The position numbers and the translations under genes were made by a program. The notes under the pieces are model-generated. The model ran no database searches. It saw only the letters and a list, made by a program, of their open reading frames with translations, and had not been told where the DNA came from. A DNA stretch of 64,000 bases from Chiloscyllium plagiosum (lineage: Eukaryota): positions 1,763,703 through 1,827,702 of the forward strand of contig NC_057756.1 of the NCBI RefSeq assembly GCF_004010195.1, read 5' to 3'. Shown here one piece after another: positions 53,334-64,000 of the stretch (positions are counted from its first letter, which is position 1; the number at the start of each line of letters is the position of its first letter).

Positions 53334-55224
53334 GTTACGAATATTAATTTCGACATTGTATTGGACCTGGACGGACCCATGAAAAAATTTGAAAAAAGGC
53401 AACCCACACCTTAATTTTTATATTTGTTTTTAGCAGATGAATAATAGCTGGGAACCGGGCGATGTTGTTGGGGACCCAAACGAAAAGCAGTTCCATGCTG
53501 ATACTCTCTCTCTGGCATCTATCCTGTCAGAAACTATACTTGACTTCTTTTCGTATTTGCCAAGGGGGTGTCAATGAAGATCTTGCAGTTATTTGTAACA
53601 GCCTAATTACGTTACGAGAGTATCGATTTAACATGAATAATTTTATTTTATATTCTGCTGTCTTTAATTCTTCCGTTAAGAAATTCTGTTTTCCTGTATA
53701 CCAACATGGTCATTGGTAACTGCATTTGTTTAGCCAACTTTTCAACTGCGGTTGAAAAGGCTTCCATATCCTTCTCATAAAATTTAGGCAATGCTGGAGT
53801 ATAGTTAAACAGATTCTCACCTGGCCTACGGCTACGATGAGATTGCTCATCATCATTCTCTTCCTGAATGAGCTTACGTTCAGCCTTCATGCCCATCCTT
53901 TAAAGCTTACTTTTCTGTCTAAGTGTCAATTTCTGGAAATCAAACGCCCTCTCTTTCGTCCTTTCCCTATCTTCTTTTCTCTCTTTTCTCTCTCTTTTTC
54001 TTTTTCATTCTGAAAAAACGATCTGTTGTTTTTTCTGTCTAAGTGTCAATTTCTGGAAATCAAACGCCCTCTCTTTCATCCTTTCCCTATCTACTTTTCT
54101 CTCTCTTCTCTCTCTTTTTCTTTTTCATTCTGAAAAAAACGATCTGTTGTTTTTCTTCCTCGGTTTTTAATCGAATATCAAACTGTTTCATTTCTTTGGC
54201 CTTTTTCTTTGTCTTTTGCCTCTACCTCAAACTGCTTCGATTTAAATTTTATGTTACCCATCTCTCAAAATTCTGATGACATTTCCAGAAAATTCAAATG
54301 CTGGGTTTGTGCTGTAATTCTCTCTCAGTTGCTTATGAAAGGAGGCAGCTCCAACCCCAGCTTGTCTGCTAATTTCACCACTTGGCCTTAAAACAATCGA
54401 AGTCACTTCTTCCCCACCCTCCCACAGAAAACTCTTACTTACTCAAAGAGCCATTGATCTCCCAAGTACTGTTTACTCCAACCGAACTCAACATGCAGAA
54501 AAAACAGACACCGGCACTTGCTACTTGTATCCTTTTATTCCAACGACCTTAATTTCAATTTGGAACCACTGAACAAATACCATAAATAGTCTTCAATGCA
54601 TTATTGATCAAGGCAGACCCCCTCAACCCATTTCAAGAAAGTAATCGGTACCCAACCTTTCCTCGTTATTTTAAACAAGTGCACAGTAGATATTCTGGGA
54701 GTGATGCAGCTGACAAACTTAGGTTTAACTAAAACAATTTATTTTCAGGATAAGCAAATGAAATACAATCAAAAGAGAACTGAATTTAAATGAACTTTAC
54801 CGGTAAAAAAAATACAACAGATTACTTCAATTTATCGATGCTTATTCAAATCCTTGCAGCAATCCCAATAAACGTTGGACAAAAATTGAAACATTCAACT
54901 CATTTTCTTACAGAAGAGATGTCAGATTCAGCAAGGAGTACATTCTTCCATGTAGCTGTTTATTTGACTAGATATGACAAAACTGATTGTTTGCCAAAAC
55001 CAAATCAAAGCTTGTGTCGAGCCGAACTATTTGATTAGGCTATTCCCATTCCATTGTACAGATATTATTTAACGTCAACCTTTTTGACTGAGGTGACATC
55101 TGTTAGCTCTACTCAAAGGCCCTCAAAACATTCAAATCTCGACTTCCGGGAGCGTCAGTGTTTACCAACCTCTAAATACAAAATCAAAGACAACTCAACC
55201 TTGTTCAAGAGACGGCATCATCAC
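53334..55224 (-). mobile_element. Truncated Gypsy element: LTR about 54600-55224 plus gag 5' part
   Basis: LPKFYEKDMEAFSTAVEKLAKQMQLP (ORF 53648-53896), a typical vertebrate Gypsy gag motif. Confidence 0.7.
53911..54153 (+). repeat. 120-bp tandem duplication within Gypsy gag
   Basis: ttttctgtctaagtgtcaatttctggaaatcaaacgccc at 53911 and 54031. Confidence 0.95.
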
Positions 55225-55389
55225 AATATGATATTAATAACATCTTAGGTGAAGGGTAAGGCATGAAATTAAGTTAATTGCTTGCAATTCCTGCCAAAGT
55301 AAAGCAATATCCCCATGATCCAACAATAATCTTCCTGCAATTACACACAAACAGAGCACATATTCAATGCAATGGCCATTTCAGCTATC

Positions 55390-55638
55390 TGTTGTGGTTC
55401 TGTTGGCCGAGCTGGGAATTTGTGTTGCAGACGTTTCATCCCCTGTCAACCAGAAGCAGCAGATTCAAACCACTTCAAATGCCGGAGGAAAGATCACAGA
55501 AGCACTTCACAGGAGGCTCCCAAGCACTGAGGATGTCACCTAGACAGGGGACGAAACGTCTGTAACACAAATTCCCAGCTCGGCCAACAGAACCACAACA
55601 ACGAGCACCCGAGCTACAAATCTTCTCACAAACTTTGA
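55390..55638 (+). mobile_element. Short Penelope pLTR element with 5' inverted piece and 12-bp TSD
   Basis: ATTTCAGCTATC at 55378-55389 and 55639-55650. Confidence 0.9.
55524..55563 (+). ncRNA. Minimal hammerhead ribozyme motif in Penelope pLTR
   Basis: GCA-CUGAGGA-UGUC..GAC-GAAAC-GUC-UGU. Confidence 0.7.
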
Positions 55639-56023
55639 ATTTCAGCTATCATTTAATTGAAATGTGTTAACAACCGTTGATATGACATTCCAGTACATTC
55701 GTGTCTAAACCACCCGGAATCATTTTCAATATCGCCTTACTGACAAGTGATATTGAAAAAAAAACACATCCTTCTATATCGATTTCACTGAAGAAAAGTT
55801 CTAAGTTAGAGCAACATGTGGATACACCTCAAGGGTGAGCAAACTCGTCTGACAGAATTTGAATCATTTACCAAATATTCTTAAGTAAAATGAAGTAGAA
55901 CAGTGTTAGACTACGAAAATGGCAGATCAGAATGAACAACTTACAAGGGTCTTAAAAGAAGATTCGAAATAATTAATACATGAACATCCAGAGATTATGA
56001 AATAGCAGAACTTTTATACTCAC

Positions 56024-56059
56024 CACAACGCTCCAGAGCACCTTTGACATTTTCCAGTT
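56024..56059 (-). CDS. Micro-exon 5 (36 nt, type A); ELENVKGALERC
   Basis: gtattgtag|AACTGGAAAATGTCAAAGGTGCTCTGGAGCGTTGTG|gtgagt; paralogous to 32023 and 16488 exons. Confidence 0.92.
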
Positions 56060-56569
56060 CTACAATACATTGTCAAGTTCTTCAATAGACAGGTTATTAT
56101 CTTGAATACATCGATCTATCACGTTTTATTCATGATTGAGTAGATTTTTGTTCGTCCAAAACATTTCCCTGGGACCTAATATTATATTTATTTGATTGTG
56201 TATATCACATTTTCTTCACCAATCTCCTTTCTTAATTTATAATAGCAAAAATGACAGCCTTTTATCACTTTAAATTTAGCCAGCGATTACCCGACGATAA
56301 ATATGTGGATTGTTTTGATGTAACGATATTTGGACTGCTTCTGCACACATTCTATTTGTTAAAGAGACATAACGGCACGCACATTGTTTCATAAAACGTG
56401 TCCAGATTGAATATTTTGTCCAATGTTGGCGCTTGGTTGGCAAGTAATTACAATATAAATTCAATTCGAATTTCCCCTGGGAATCATTTACGTAGGCTGA
56501 ACATATTCGCGTTTCAGAATAAAACAGGCAAAAGATTAAAAAAAGAGTGTCGTCCTTTGCAGTTCATAC

Positions 56570-56596
56570 CTCTTGTTAGTTGTTTGATATCTTCGC
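56570..56596 (-). CDS. Micro-exon 4 (27 nt); REDIKQLTR
   Basis: ttatttctccag|GCGAAGATATCAAACAACTAACAAGAG|gtatga. Confidence 0.85.
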
Positions 56597-56702
56597 CTGG
56601 AGAAATAAGCATGACTTACATCTATCAGTTTTATTCTGGCAGATATTATATAGAGGGAAATACCCAAGTGCAAAACAACTTTTTTCACAAATGCTGAAAT
56701 AC

Positions 56703-56729
56703 GTTTTGCAATTTCATGCTTTGTATCTG
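56703..56729 (-). CDS. Micro-exon 3 (27 nt); ADTKHEIAK
   Basis: ttatcttcccag|CAGATACAAAGCATGAAATTGCAAAAC|gtattt; weaker donor. Confidence 0.65.
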
Positions 56730-57039
56730 CTGGGAAGATAAATTCCAAAATGTCGACGTGGACAGGTTACAATTTTTTCCCCAGTGTACAATAGATAACA
56801 GAGGTCATGAAAAACATTTCATACAGCTGGAGAAATATAAATAGGAACATTGGGGAGGCAAATGGATAAGAAGCATGGGTGTGTGGGCTGGACAGGTTGA
56901 GGTGATCAATGTCACAGCTGCAGTTAAAAAAGTAGTGATTGAGGACGGTATAAGAACAGCATGAGGTGTCCAAGTGATTGGAGTGTGTTGGAGGCGGGAG
57001 AGGGGATCGGCACAGGGTGGGAAGGAGTCCTGCTTGAAA

Positions 57040-57530
57040 AAGTAAGAACAGAGGAAGAGGTGGTGAAAGAAAATGTCAATGTCGCAACATCTGCTGAATT
57101 CATTGATCTTGGAGCGTAGGCGGGGGGGGGGGGGGGAGTAGTGACTTTTACTGAGGAGTAATCATTCATTGTCATTGAGGTGGAGGTCAGAGAGAGTTGG
57201 TAAAATTACGATAGGCCTGCGAGCGAAGACATAGTGTCACCCAGGGGCTGAATTGCGGGTAGGGTGGAGACTCTCTCTGCAGGGCGTATGTTTATGGAAT
57301 CTGTTCCCTCCCTGCATTGTTCCAAGGCTTGGATTACTTGTAATGTGCTTGGTTTTGGCATTTCTTTTCTCCATATCCATGTTAACCTGGCAATATTACC
57401 ATGATCTGATCCCCCAAGGAGGCTGCCACATACTGTGTTCTTCATGTCAACAGGCTCCCATTTTCACCCCGGTTCTTCATTCTACCACGGTCTAACTCTG
57501 TCTGTGTTCCTATCAAGGATATACATATCC
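57040..57530 (-). mobile_element. Probable Penelope-like 5' fragment, decayed
   Basis: Purine-rich plus strand like 29650-29950; no clean motif. Confidence 0.35.
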
Positions 57531-58024
57531 AACTGTTCACACCTGCCATTGATATCAAAACGAGCTACAATTTACTACTGCATTTCCGAAAGACATTTAT
57601 GAAACAGATGTCACAATTGCAAATTACATGTTTTAATTACAATATTGTATACGTTTTGGGAATGTGTATGAACATAATAACTGGTGCATTTATCAAAGAA
57701 TTACATATGCCTTTTGCCTTTCTGAATACTTGCATTTTGGAACTTAATATGAAAGGAATGTTTTCATGTCAGAAAAGCCATGCTACAGCCGACATTGATC
57801 GTATGCAGGTCTGAAGTGGGGAGAGCTGTGATTGCGAAAGTACAGAATAACAAAAAAAACCTAATTTGGCACGTCAAATATGACATAATCAGGCCGCATA
57901 GAAAACAGTTGAAAACTGAAGTGTTATCTCCAGTGCGCCACACGTTGGATCTTTCAATTCTGATTGGATAATTCAAAATTGCCTTTTTCAAGTTACCGTT
58001 TGATGTATTAAATAGCAGTATGAA

Positions 58025-58610
58025 ATTAATATTAATTGAATGGAATTGAATTGAATTAATCGTCACGTGTACTGAGGCACAGTGAAAAGTTTTGTCTTGC
58101 TAGCGATACAGGCAGTTCACAGAGTTAAGTAGCATAGATAAGTAAATAATAAGTAAACAGCAGAAAACAAAAACAAAAACACAGGTACAGATGAATGTTA
58201 AGGATTTGTGGGTCCATTCAGTATTCTAACAACAGTACGGTAGAAATTGTTTTGAAACCGGCTGGTGCAAGTATGCAGGCTTCTGTACTTTCTCCCTGAT
58301 GGTTGTAGGAAAGAAGCATTGCCAGGGTGAGATAGATCTTTGAGAATTCTGGCGGCATTTCCTTGAAAGGGGGCCGGGTAGATGAATTATATAGATGGGA
58401 AGTTGACCTTTGAGATTGTCTAGGCCGAGATCGCCACTCTCTTTAAGCGTATCCGAATATGAATAGTACAGTTTCCATACTAGGTAGTGATGGATCCAGA
58501 TAGAATGCTCTCGATGGCACACCTATAAATGTTGCGAAGGGTATTCGCCATCATGCCAAATTTCCTCAGCTGCCTGATGAAGAAGAGACATTGTTGGCCT
58601 TCTTAACCAT
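58025..58610 (-). mobile_element. Rex1/Babar-like LINE 3' end
   Basis: Minus strand reads YRCAIESILSGSITT*YGNCT; (aattg)n tail. Confidence 0.75.
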
Positions 58611-59065
58611 GGATCAGTAAAGGATACAGGCATCGCAGACGAGTTGCTTAACATTCCACAAATGGTGCTAATGATCACATTGCGATGGATACTTAATGGA
58701 TACATAGATTATAGCAGTTTCTAATTATTTGCAGTTAAGCAATTATTCATAACTTGCTTCTTCTAAATCCTTAGAATTAACCATAGTGAGGAGCACGATC
58801 TCAATCATTGCAAAAATCAGCTGCGATCAGGATATTCAGACAGGGTCATTGAGACTATAAAACTGTTTGTTTTCGTTTGTGGTTGAAAGCTACTAATCAT
58901 TGAAAACATGGATATCAAGGGTTAAATAAATTTTAAAAATGATGTGCTTCATATCAGGCGTAACATATTGCTTTTCTGGTGTGTTATCGTCTCAATGATT
59001 TAAAAAGAGCCTAATAATTGGCAGTGTAGAAAATCGCTTATGGCTTCACAATAGTTCATACATAC

Positions 59066-59101
59066 CTGAATCCACTGGACCTTCACGAAGAGCTTTTTCT
59101 T
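59066..59101 (-). CDS. Micro-exon 2 (36 nt); KEKALREGPVDS
   Basis: tttatttcacag|AAGAAAAAGCTCTTCGTGAAGGTCCAGTGGATTCAG|gtatgt. Confidence 0.85.
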
Positions 59102-60050
59102 CTGTGAAATAAACATAACACAAAAAGTTTGAGTTAGCTACGTTCTTCATTTCAGAGTGTTAGCCAGTTCAGCGGGTTTATTTTAATAGTCGTGCCTTAA
59201 TATTTATCGAAACTTTTTTTTTTGCATCATAAAGTATGGTTGCCAGCTTCCCTATTTGAACTATAACTATCCTGCGGCGAAATCAAACTAATTTATTCAT
59301 AGGTTAAAAAGAAATTCCCCCAATAGTCGTTCTGTGAAAGCAGATTTAGTGCAAATTGAACACTGGATTTCTATTGTGGAAAACTTAATAAATCTGTGGG
59401 GTGATGTGGGACGTCAGCTGTAGCAATCTCTGGAAGACTGGAACGAGAGAATGCCCAATATCTTGGAACAACAGATGAAATAAGAGAAATGAAAATATGA
59501 AAAGTGACAGAGAACGGATTGCTGGAGGTGCTGGATATTAAAAGAAAACAATAGTGGATTCGATGGAAGGATACATCAGTTTTGCATTACACACTAAGTT
59601 CGAATCAAGCTGATGCAAACAAAAAGCGTCAGCCTCCACAAAAGATTCATACTAATTCCAGTGTATATTTGAACATGCTCATTCCGTAGAACTGCAATTG
59701 TGTTCCTTTCATTATCTCTAATCGTTGTTACTTGTGAAAAAGATCCCCCATTTTGATGTCGTGATTAGGGATATTTAACTTCTAATAATGTCGTCTATAT
59801 AATTCCCAAATGCGAGCGAATTCAACAGTCTGTAACTTTTGCAACAATGTACTGTAGATAGCATAAGACAACATTAATTATTTGGTATATTTCGGTATGC
59901 ACGCAAAACAAAAAAAAAACTTTGGCTGCAATACATTGTTGTTTTTTTTTCTTTAATATCTTATGAAGATTTGGGTAGACTTTACTTTTAAGGGAGTTAA
60001 AAACTAACAGAACGACATGACAGTACCAGGTGTACTGATTAAGGAAATAA

Positions 60051-60675
60051 TGTAACACTTGGTTGATAGCTAGTTTGGCTGGAATGCCTGGAAATGGCAA
60101 AACATATTCGAATTAGGCCAGTCAGCTTAAATTAAAACTCGAAAAATACAAAACTCCAATCAAGTTTGAATTTAGTATATTGAAAATCTTAAAAAAAAAA
60201 CAATGACACTATCCGATGTTTTGGGGTATTACACCAGGGAAATTTTAACAGTTGGGAGGAGAACTCTCAAACCAATGGCATCTGCAAACTGCTCGGAGAA
60301 TAGCCCTCTTCAATGTACGTTTATTAATCAGTAACCTGTGAAGCAGAAATCCCTAAGAAGAACAAAAGAAAATTCCACGTTTGGCTTTTTTTAAAAGTTG
60401 CATTTTGGTCAATATTATTTGCGTGTTTTTTTAGCGAATTAGTGTTATAGAAGGGAAAGTAGAAGATAGGGGCAGGAACGATTTGAAAATAGTTGTTAGA
60501 ATGGATTAGATTAGCTGTTGGTTAGTTATTTTTTGTTATGCTTTGAGAAGTGAAGTTGTTATTTTTTACTTAAATAGTTCTGGCCTCTCGAATTTTCAAA
60601 GTTTACCGCACTGGATAAATCTTTACCGTATTGTTGGTTTAAATTAACCAGGAGGGTTTACCCCATGTCGTAGCA
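60051..60675. mobile_element. Solo LTR (Gypsy-like)
   Basis: TGTAAC...GTAGCA termini; flanks AATAA/AATAT. Confidence 0.5.
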
Positions 60676-61329
60676 AATATTATTAATGGAATATAAATTT
60701 TAAAATGTATATGTACTTATTATATAACATGTGTTTTCACGTTATCTCAATCCGCCTCAACAGGCAGTCGCATGAAGTACATTATTAGATGAAAGAAAAT
60801 AATTGCGACAAATAAGTATCCGGTATAACATGTCTGATGTAATTTGCTGATATATTTTCCAATGAAACAAATATATCTTCTTCAAAACAGTGTCAGAAGA
60901 TTTTTTTTTTTGAAATTGACCACGTTGCCTCAGTCAAGCTACGAATCATCTATGACTGCATTATATCTGTTTATTGAATAATGACAATGTGATATGTACA
61001 CTGTGGTTCTGCATTAATTCTAATGCTTATGCTCCTAAAATTTTAATTTGCCTTGAAAAATGACGGACCAACCTCCGTGTTGCTCTCATATATTCCAAAC
61101 TCGAAATGTTAACACTAGTAAGGCTGCTACAATTCGGAGTATAGTACAATTAGCACTGTCGAGATATTTCTGCAGTTTCATTTTTTGAGATCCTCCAGTG
61201 AATCAAGCATACATCATCTGCTGTACGAAGCATAGAATGTAACACATGTTTCAACGGAAATAGAAGAAGTAAATTGCAGCTTCCTTGTTAACAAAAAACG
61301 TGCACAATGGACTGGTAGTCATCCACAAT

Positions 61330-62585
61330 TTATTCAAAATGTTTCACAAGTTGGAGTTATTTGTTGGATTGACCAGAAAGTTTGATAAGGGCCAGGCAGT
61401 CGATCCAGTGTATGTGGATTTCAGTAAGGCCTTTCTTTAAGTTTCCACATGGGAGGCGACTCTAGGAGGATAGATTGCATGGATTCCAGTGGGTGTTGCC
61501 AAATTGGATACAGAATTGGTTTGATAGAAGGAAGCAGAGCTTAGTAGTGGAAAGATGCTTATTGGAATTGAGGCCTGCGACTAGTGGAGTTACTCAGGGT
61601 TCGGTGCTGTTCCGGGTGCTGTTTGCTATCCATATCAAGGATTTGAATGAAAACGCACAAGACACAATTAGTACGTTTGATGGTATTAGTGAGGAAGGTT
61701 ACCATAAATTGCACCGTACCCTTGATTAGCTGGGCAAGTGGGTCAAGAAATGGCAAAAGGTATTTAGTATAAGTAAGTGTGAGATCTTGCATTTTTGCAT
61801 GTCAAATCAAGGTAGCAATTTCATGGTGAATGTTGGGCCTTTAACAGTGTAGTTAAATAGAGGGACATTGGACTTCAGGTACACAGTTTTCTGAAAGTGG
61901 AGTCACAAGTAGACAGAGCAGTGAAAAAGGCTGTTGGAAAACTGGCCTTCATCACTCAGGGCATTGAGTATCGCAGCTGAGAATGTATGTTGCAGTTATA
62001 CACGACATCGGTGAGACCACAGTTGGAATATTGGGTTCAGATTTTGTCACCTTGCTACAGGAAGGATGTTAGTAAACTGGAATGAGTGCAGAAGACATTT
62101 ACACGGATGTAACAAGGACGCAATGGACTGAGTTATTGGGTGATTTTGGAGAAACGGGAGCTTATTTTTCTTTAGAGTGCATGAGACTGAGGGAGATCTT
62201 ATACAAGGACAAATCGTCATAAGAGACATGGACAGGGCGAATGCACTCATGCCTTTTCCTATGGTTGGGGAGTCGACGCCGAGATAGCATCAATTTAATT
62301 TTAGAGGGGAAAAAGTAAATTGAACTTGAGGGTCAAACTTTTTTACAGGAAGGGTTGTATGCATTGACAATGACCTGCTTGCAGAAGTTGCTGAGTAGAG
62401 TACATTGAGAGAATTTCAAAAGCATTTGGACAAATACATGGATATGAATTGTTCAGAAGTAAATGGGCCAAGTGTAAGGAAGTCGGGTTAGCGTTGATGG
62501 ATGTTTTGGTTTTTGTGGGCCAGTTTGAATAAAAGAACATGCCTCGATGCTGTCCGTTTCTACCACTCAATGCCTCTTATGACGT
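61330..62585 (+). mobile_element. CR1-type LINE RT and 3' tail
   Basis: YVDFSKAF, WIQNWF..RKQ..SGVTQGSVL..LFAIHIKDL (ORF 61475). Confidence 0.9.
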
Positions 62586-62784
62586 GTACGCATACAACAT
62601 AAAATATAAAATCCATACATTGTCTTTGCATAAGCTTAATTGTTACAGGTTACTTCATTCCTTGTTGTCTACCACATGTATTAGGATTTCTATCCACTAA
62701 GTTCTAAGTTCACTGAGCTCGGACAATTAGACAAGTTAACGAAGTAAGGCAAACATAATGAAGTTTATCGTTTGTAAGACTCAC

Positions 62785-62820
62785 TTAATTCTCGAATTTT
62801 CTCTTGCAAGGTTTCTATTG
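62785..62820 (-). CDS. Micro-exon 1 (36 nt) of coiled-coil micro-exon gene; xIETLQEKIREL
   Basis: Minus strand: cttcacattccag|CAATAGAAACCTTGCAAGAGAAAATTCGAGAATTAA|gtgagt; open in phase 1. Confidence 0.85.
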
Positions 62821-64000
62821 CTGGAATGTGAAGTAACATCATTCAGACTCATTGATAGAATCATCGGGTATAAGTAAGCATCCAAATTGAAAGAAAAATT
62901 TAATTTCACCACGAAAAGTTTTGATTAGTTGTAATGATGCATCTACGAATCAATATTGTTGAAACTGAATGGAGTATATCCCAGTGTAAGCGGCAACCAA
63001 ATTTAGTTTTAGTTGAATTTAATTAGGATGTTGCCAAGAATGCACAAAAGTAGAAAGTACGCTTCACTAACCTTCCCTTAATTTCTGTAAATTACTGAAT
63101 CTAGTCCACCTTCCTAGTCTGCTCCTCATGAATGCTGATTTATGAAATTTCCAACAATCTGTCTTGTTCTGCATAATTAAATTCAATCATTGACTATACA
63201 CAACGTCCAGCTGTGTGCTACTCAAAGTGTGTAATTTTTACATCAATTGCAATCATAACATCCGACCCAAATGTGAACAATACCTCTTCATGTCTTGTAG
63301 TCTGTTGTTATGAGATTTACCTTTTACCGTTTACATTGGTAATTCCCTTGCAGATTTCGATAGAGCACACTGTGACAAAATAATTTCGTCTAAATTTCAA
63401 AAATGTATACAGCAGGTTTATAATCAGCTCACTACTGGATCAAGTTTATGTTAACTGAGTTAAACTGGTGTTCAATTGTTGTACCATCTTCAGTACAATC
63501 CGATTCTCCCACTTTTATACATACTAAAAATTGTAAAAATAATCCCAGTCTTATACATCCTATAATTGGTCTCCCGCATCTAATAACCACTCTGCAACTT
63601 TGTGCATATTGCTTCTCATCCACATTTTATTAATCTGCAAAGCAGCACAAAAAATGCATATTGATATCTCTTTTCTACCGTCACTTGTAAACATTAGCTT
63701 CTAACTAAACGAGTGAAGTACATTAATTGTCAAGATTTTTGCACAGCATCTATACTATTTAATGAATAAATATATAACAGTTTCTTCTGACGGTGTCTTT
63801 TGTGGCGTTGAATCTACAGAAGCACGCCATAGCTAAGTTTGTGACCATGTCTAGTTTGAAATGTATTTCTGAAGGAGAAAACATCAAAACACGTAACTGC
63901 TCCTCTGTGAGTTCATACGAAAACAAATTTGACATCTTATTTCCACACAGCTATATTTCTTTCGATATACACGTATAAATCAAACTTGTCAGAGAAATTG

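Noticed and set aside
62653..63345. Several 15-29 nt AG..GT segments near micro-exon 1
   Set aside because: Stop codons in phase 1 or lengths not divisible by 3, with weak acceptors

Overview
AT-rich vertebrate genomic DNA. Its repeat content (HE1-type V-SINEs, CR1/HER1-type LINEs, two Penelope-like families, Gypsy and epsilon-like ERV remnants) points to a cartilaginous fish, probably a shark; this is inference, not a database result. Almost all ORFs in the track are chance ORFs or decayed transposon fragments. The main hidden feature is a minus-strand gene the ORF track cannot show: at least 21 micro-exons of 24-36 nt spread over about 55 kb (62820 to 8039). All are AG/GT-flanked and multiples of 3, and they splice in phase 1 into a stop-free 210-codon coiled coil. 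The exons form three duplicated modules (ELENVKGALERS|EQRLSNREK|ELEDLQQKC|KLD..S) with Leu or Cys every 7th residue. A probable stop exon and 3'UTR exon lie near 2.2-1.6 kb; the 5' part of the gene lies beyond the window. The introns hold a decayed ERV lacking RT/RNase H, with a possible 2H-phosphoesterase segment and an adjoining Gypsy-type gag. They also hold two decayed Gypsy elements, solo LTRs, inverted Penelope elements with hammerhead ribozyme cores, and tiny fold-back elements with 12-16 bp target-site duplications.
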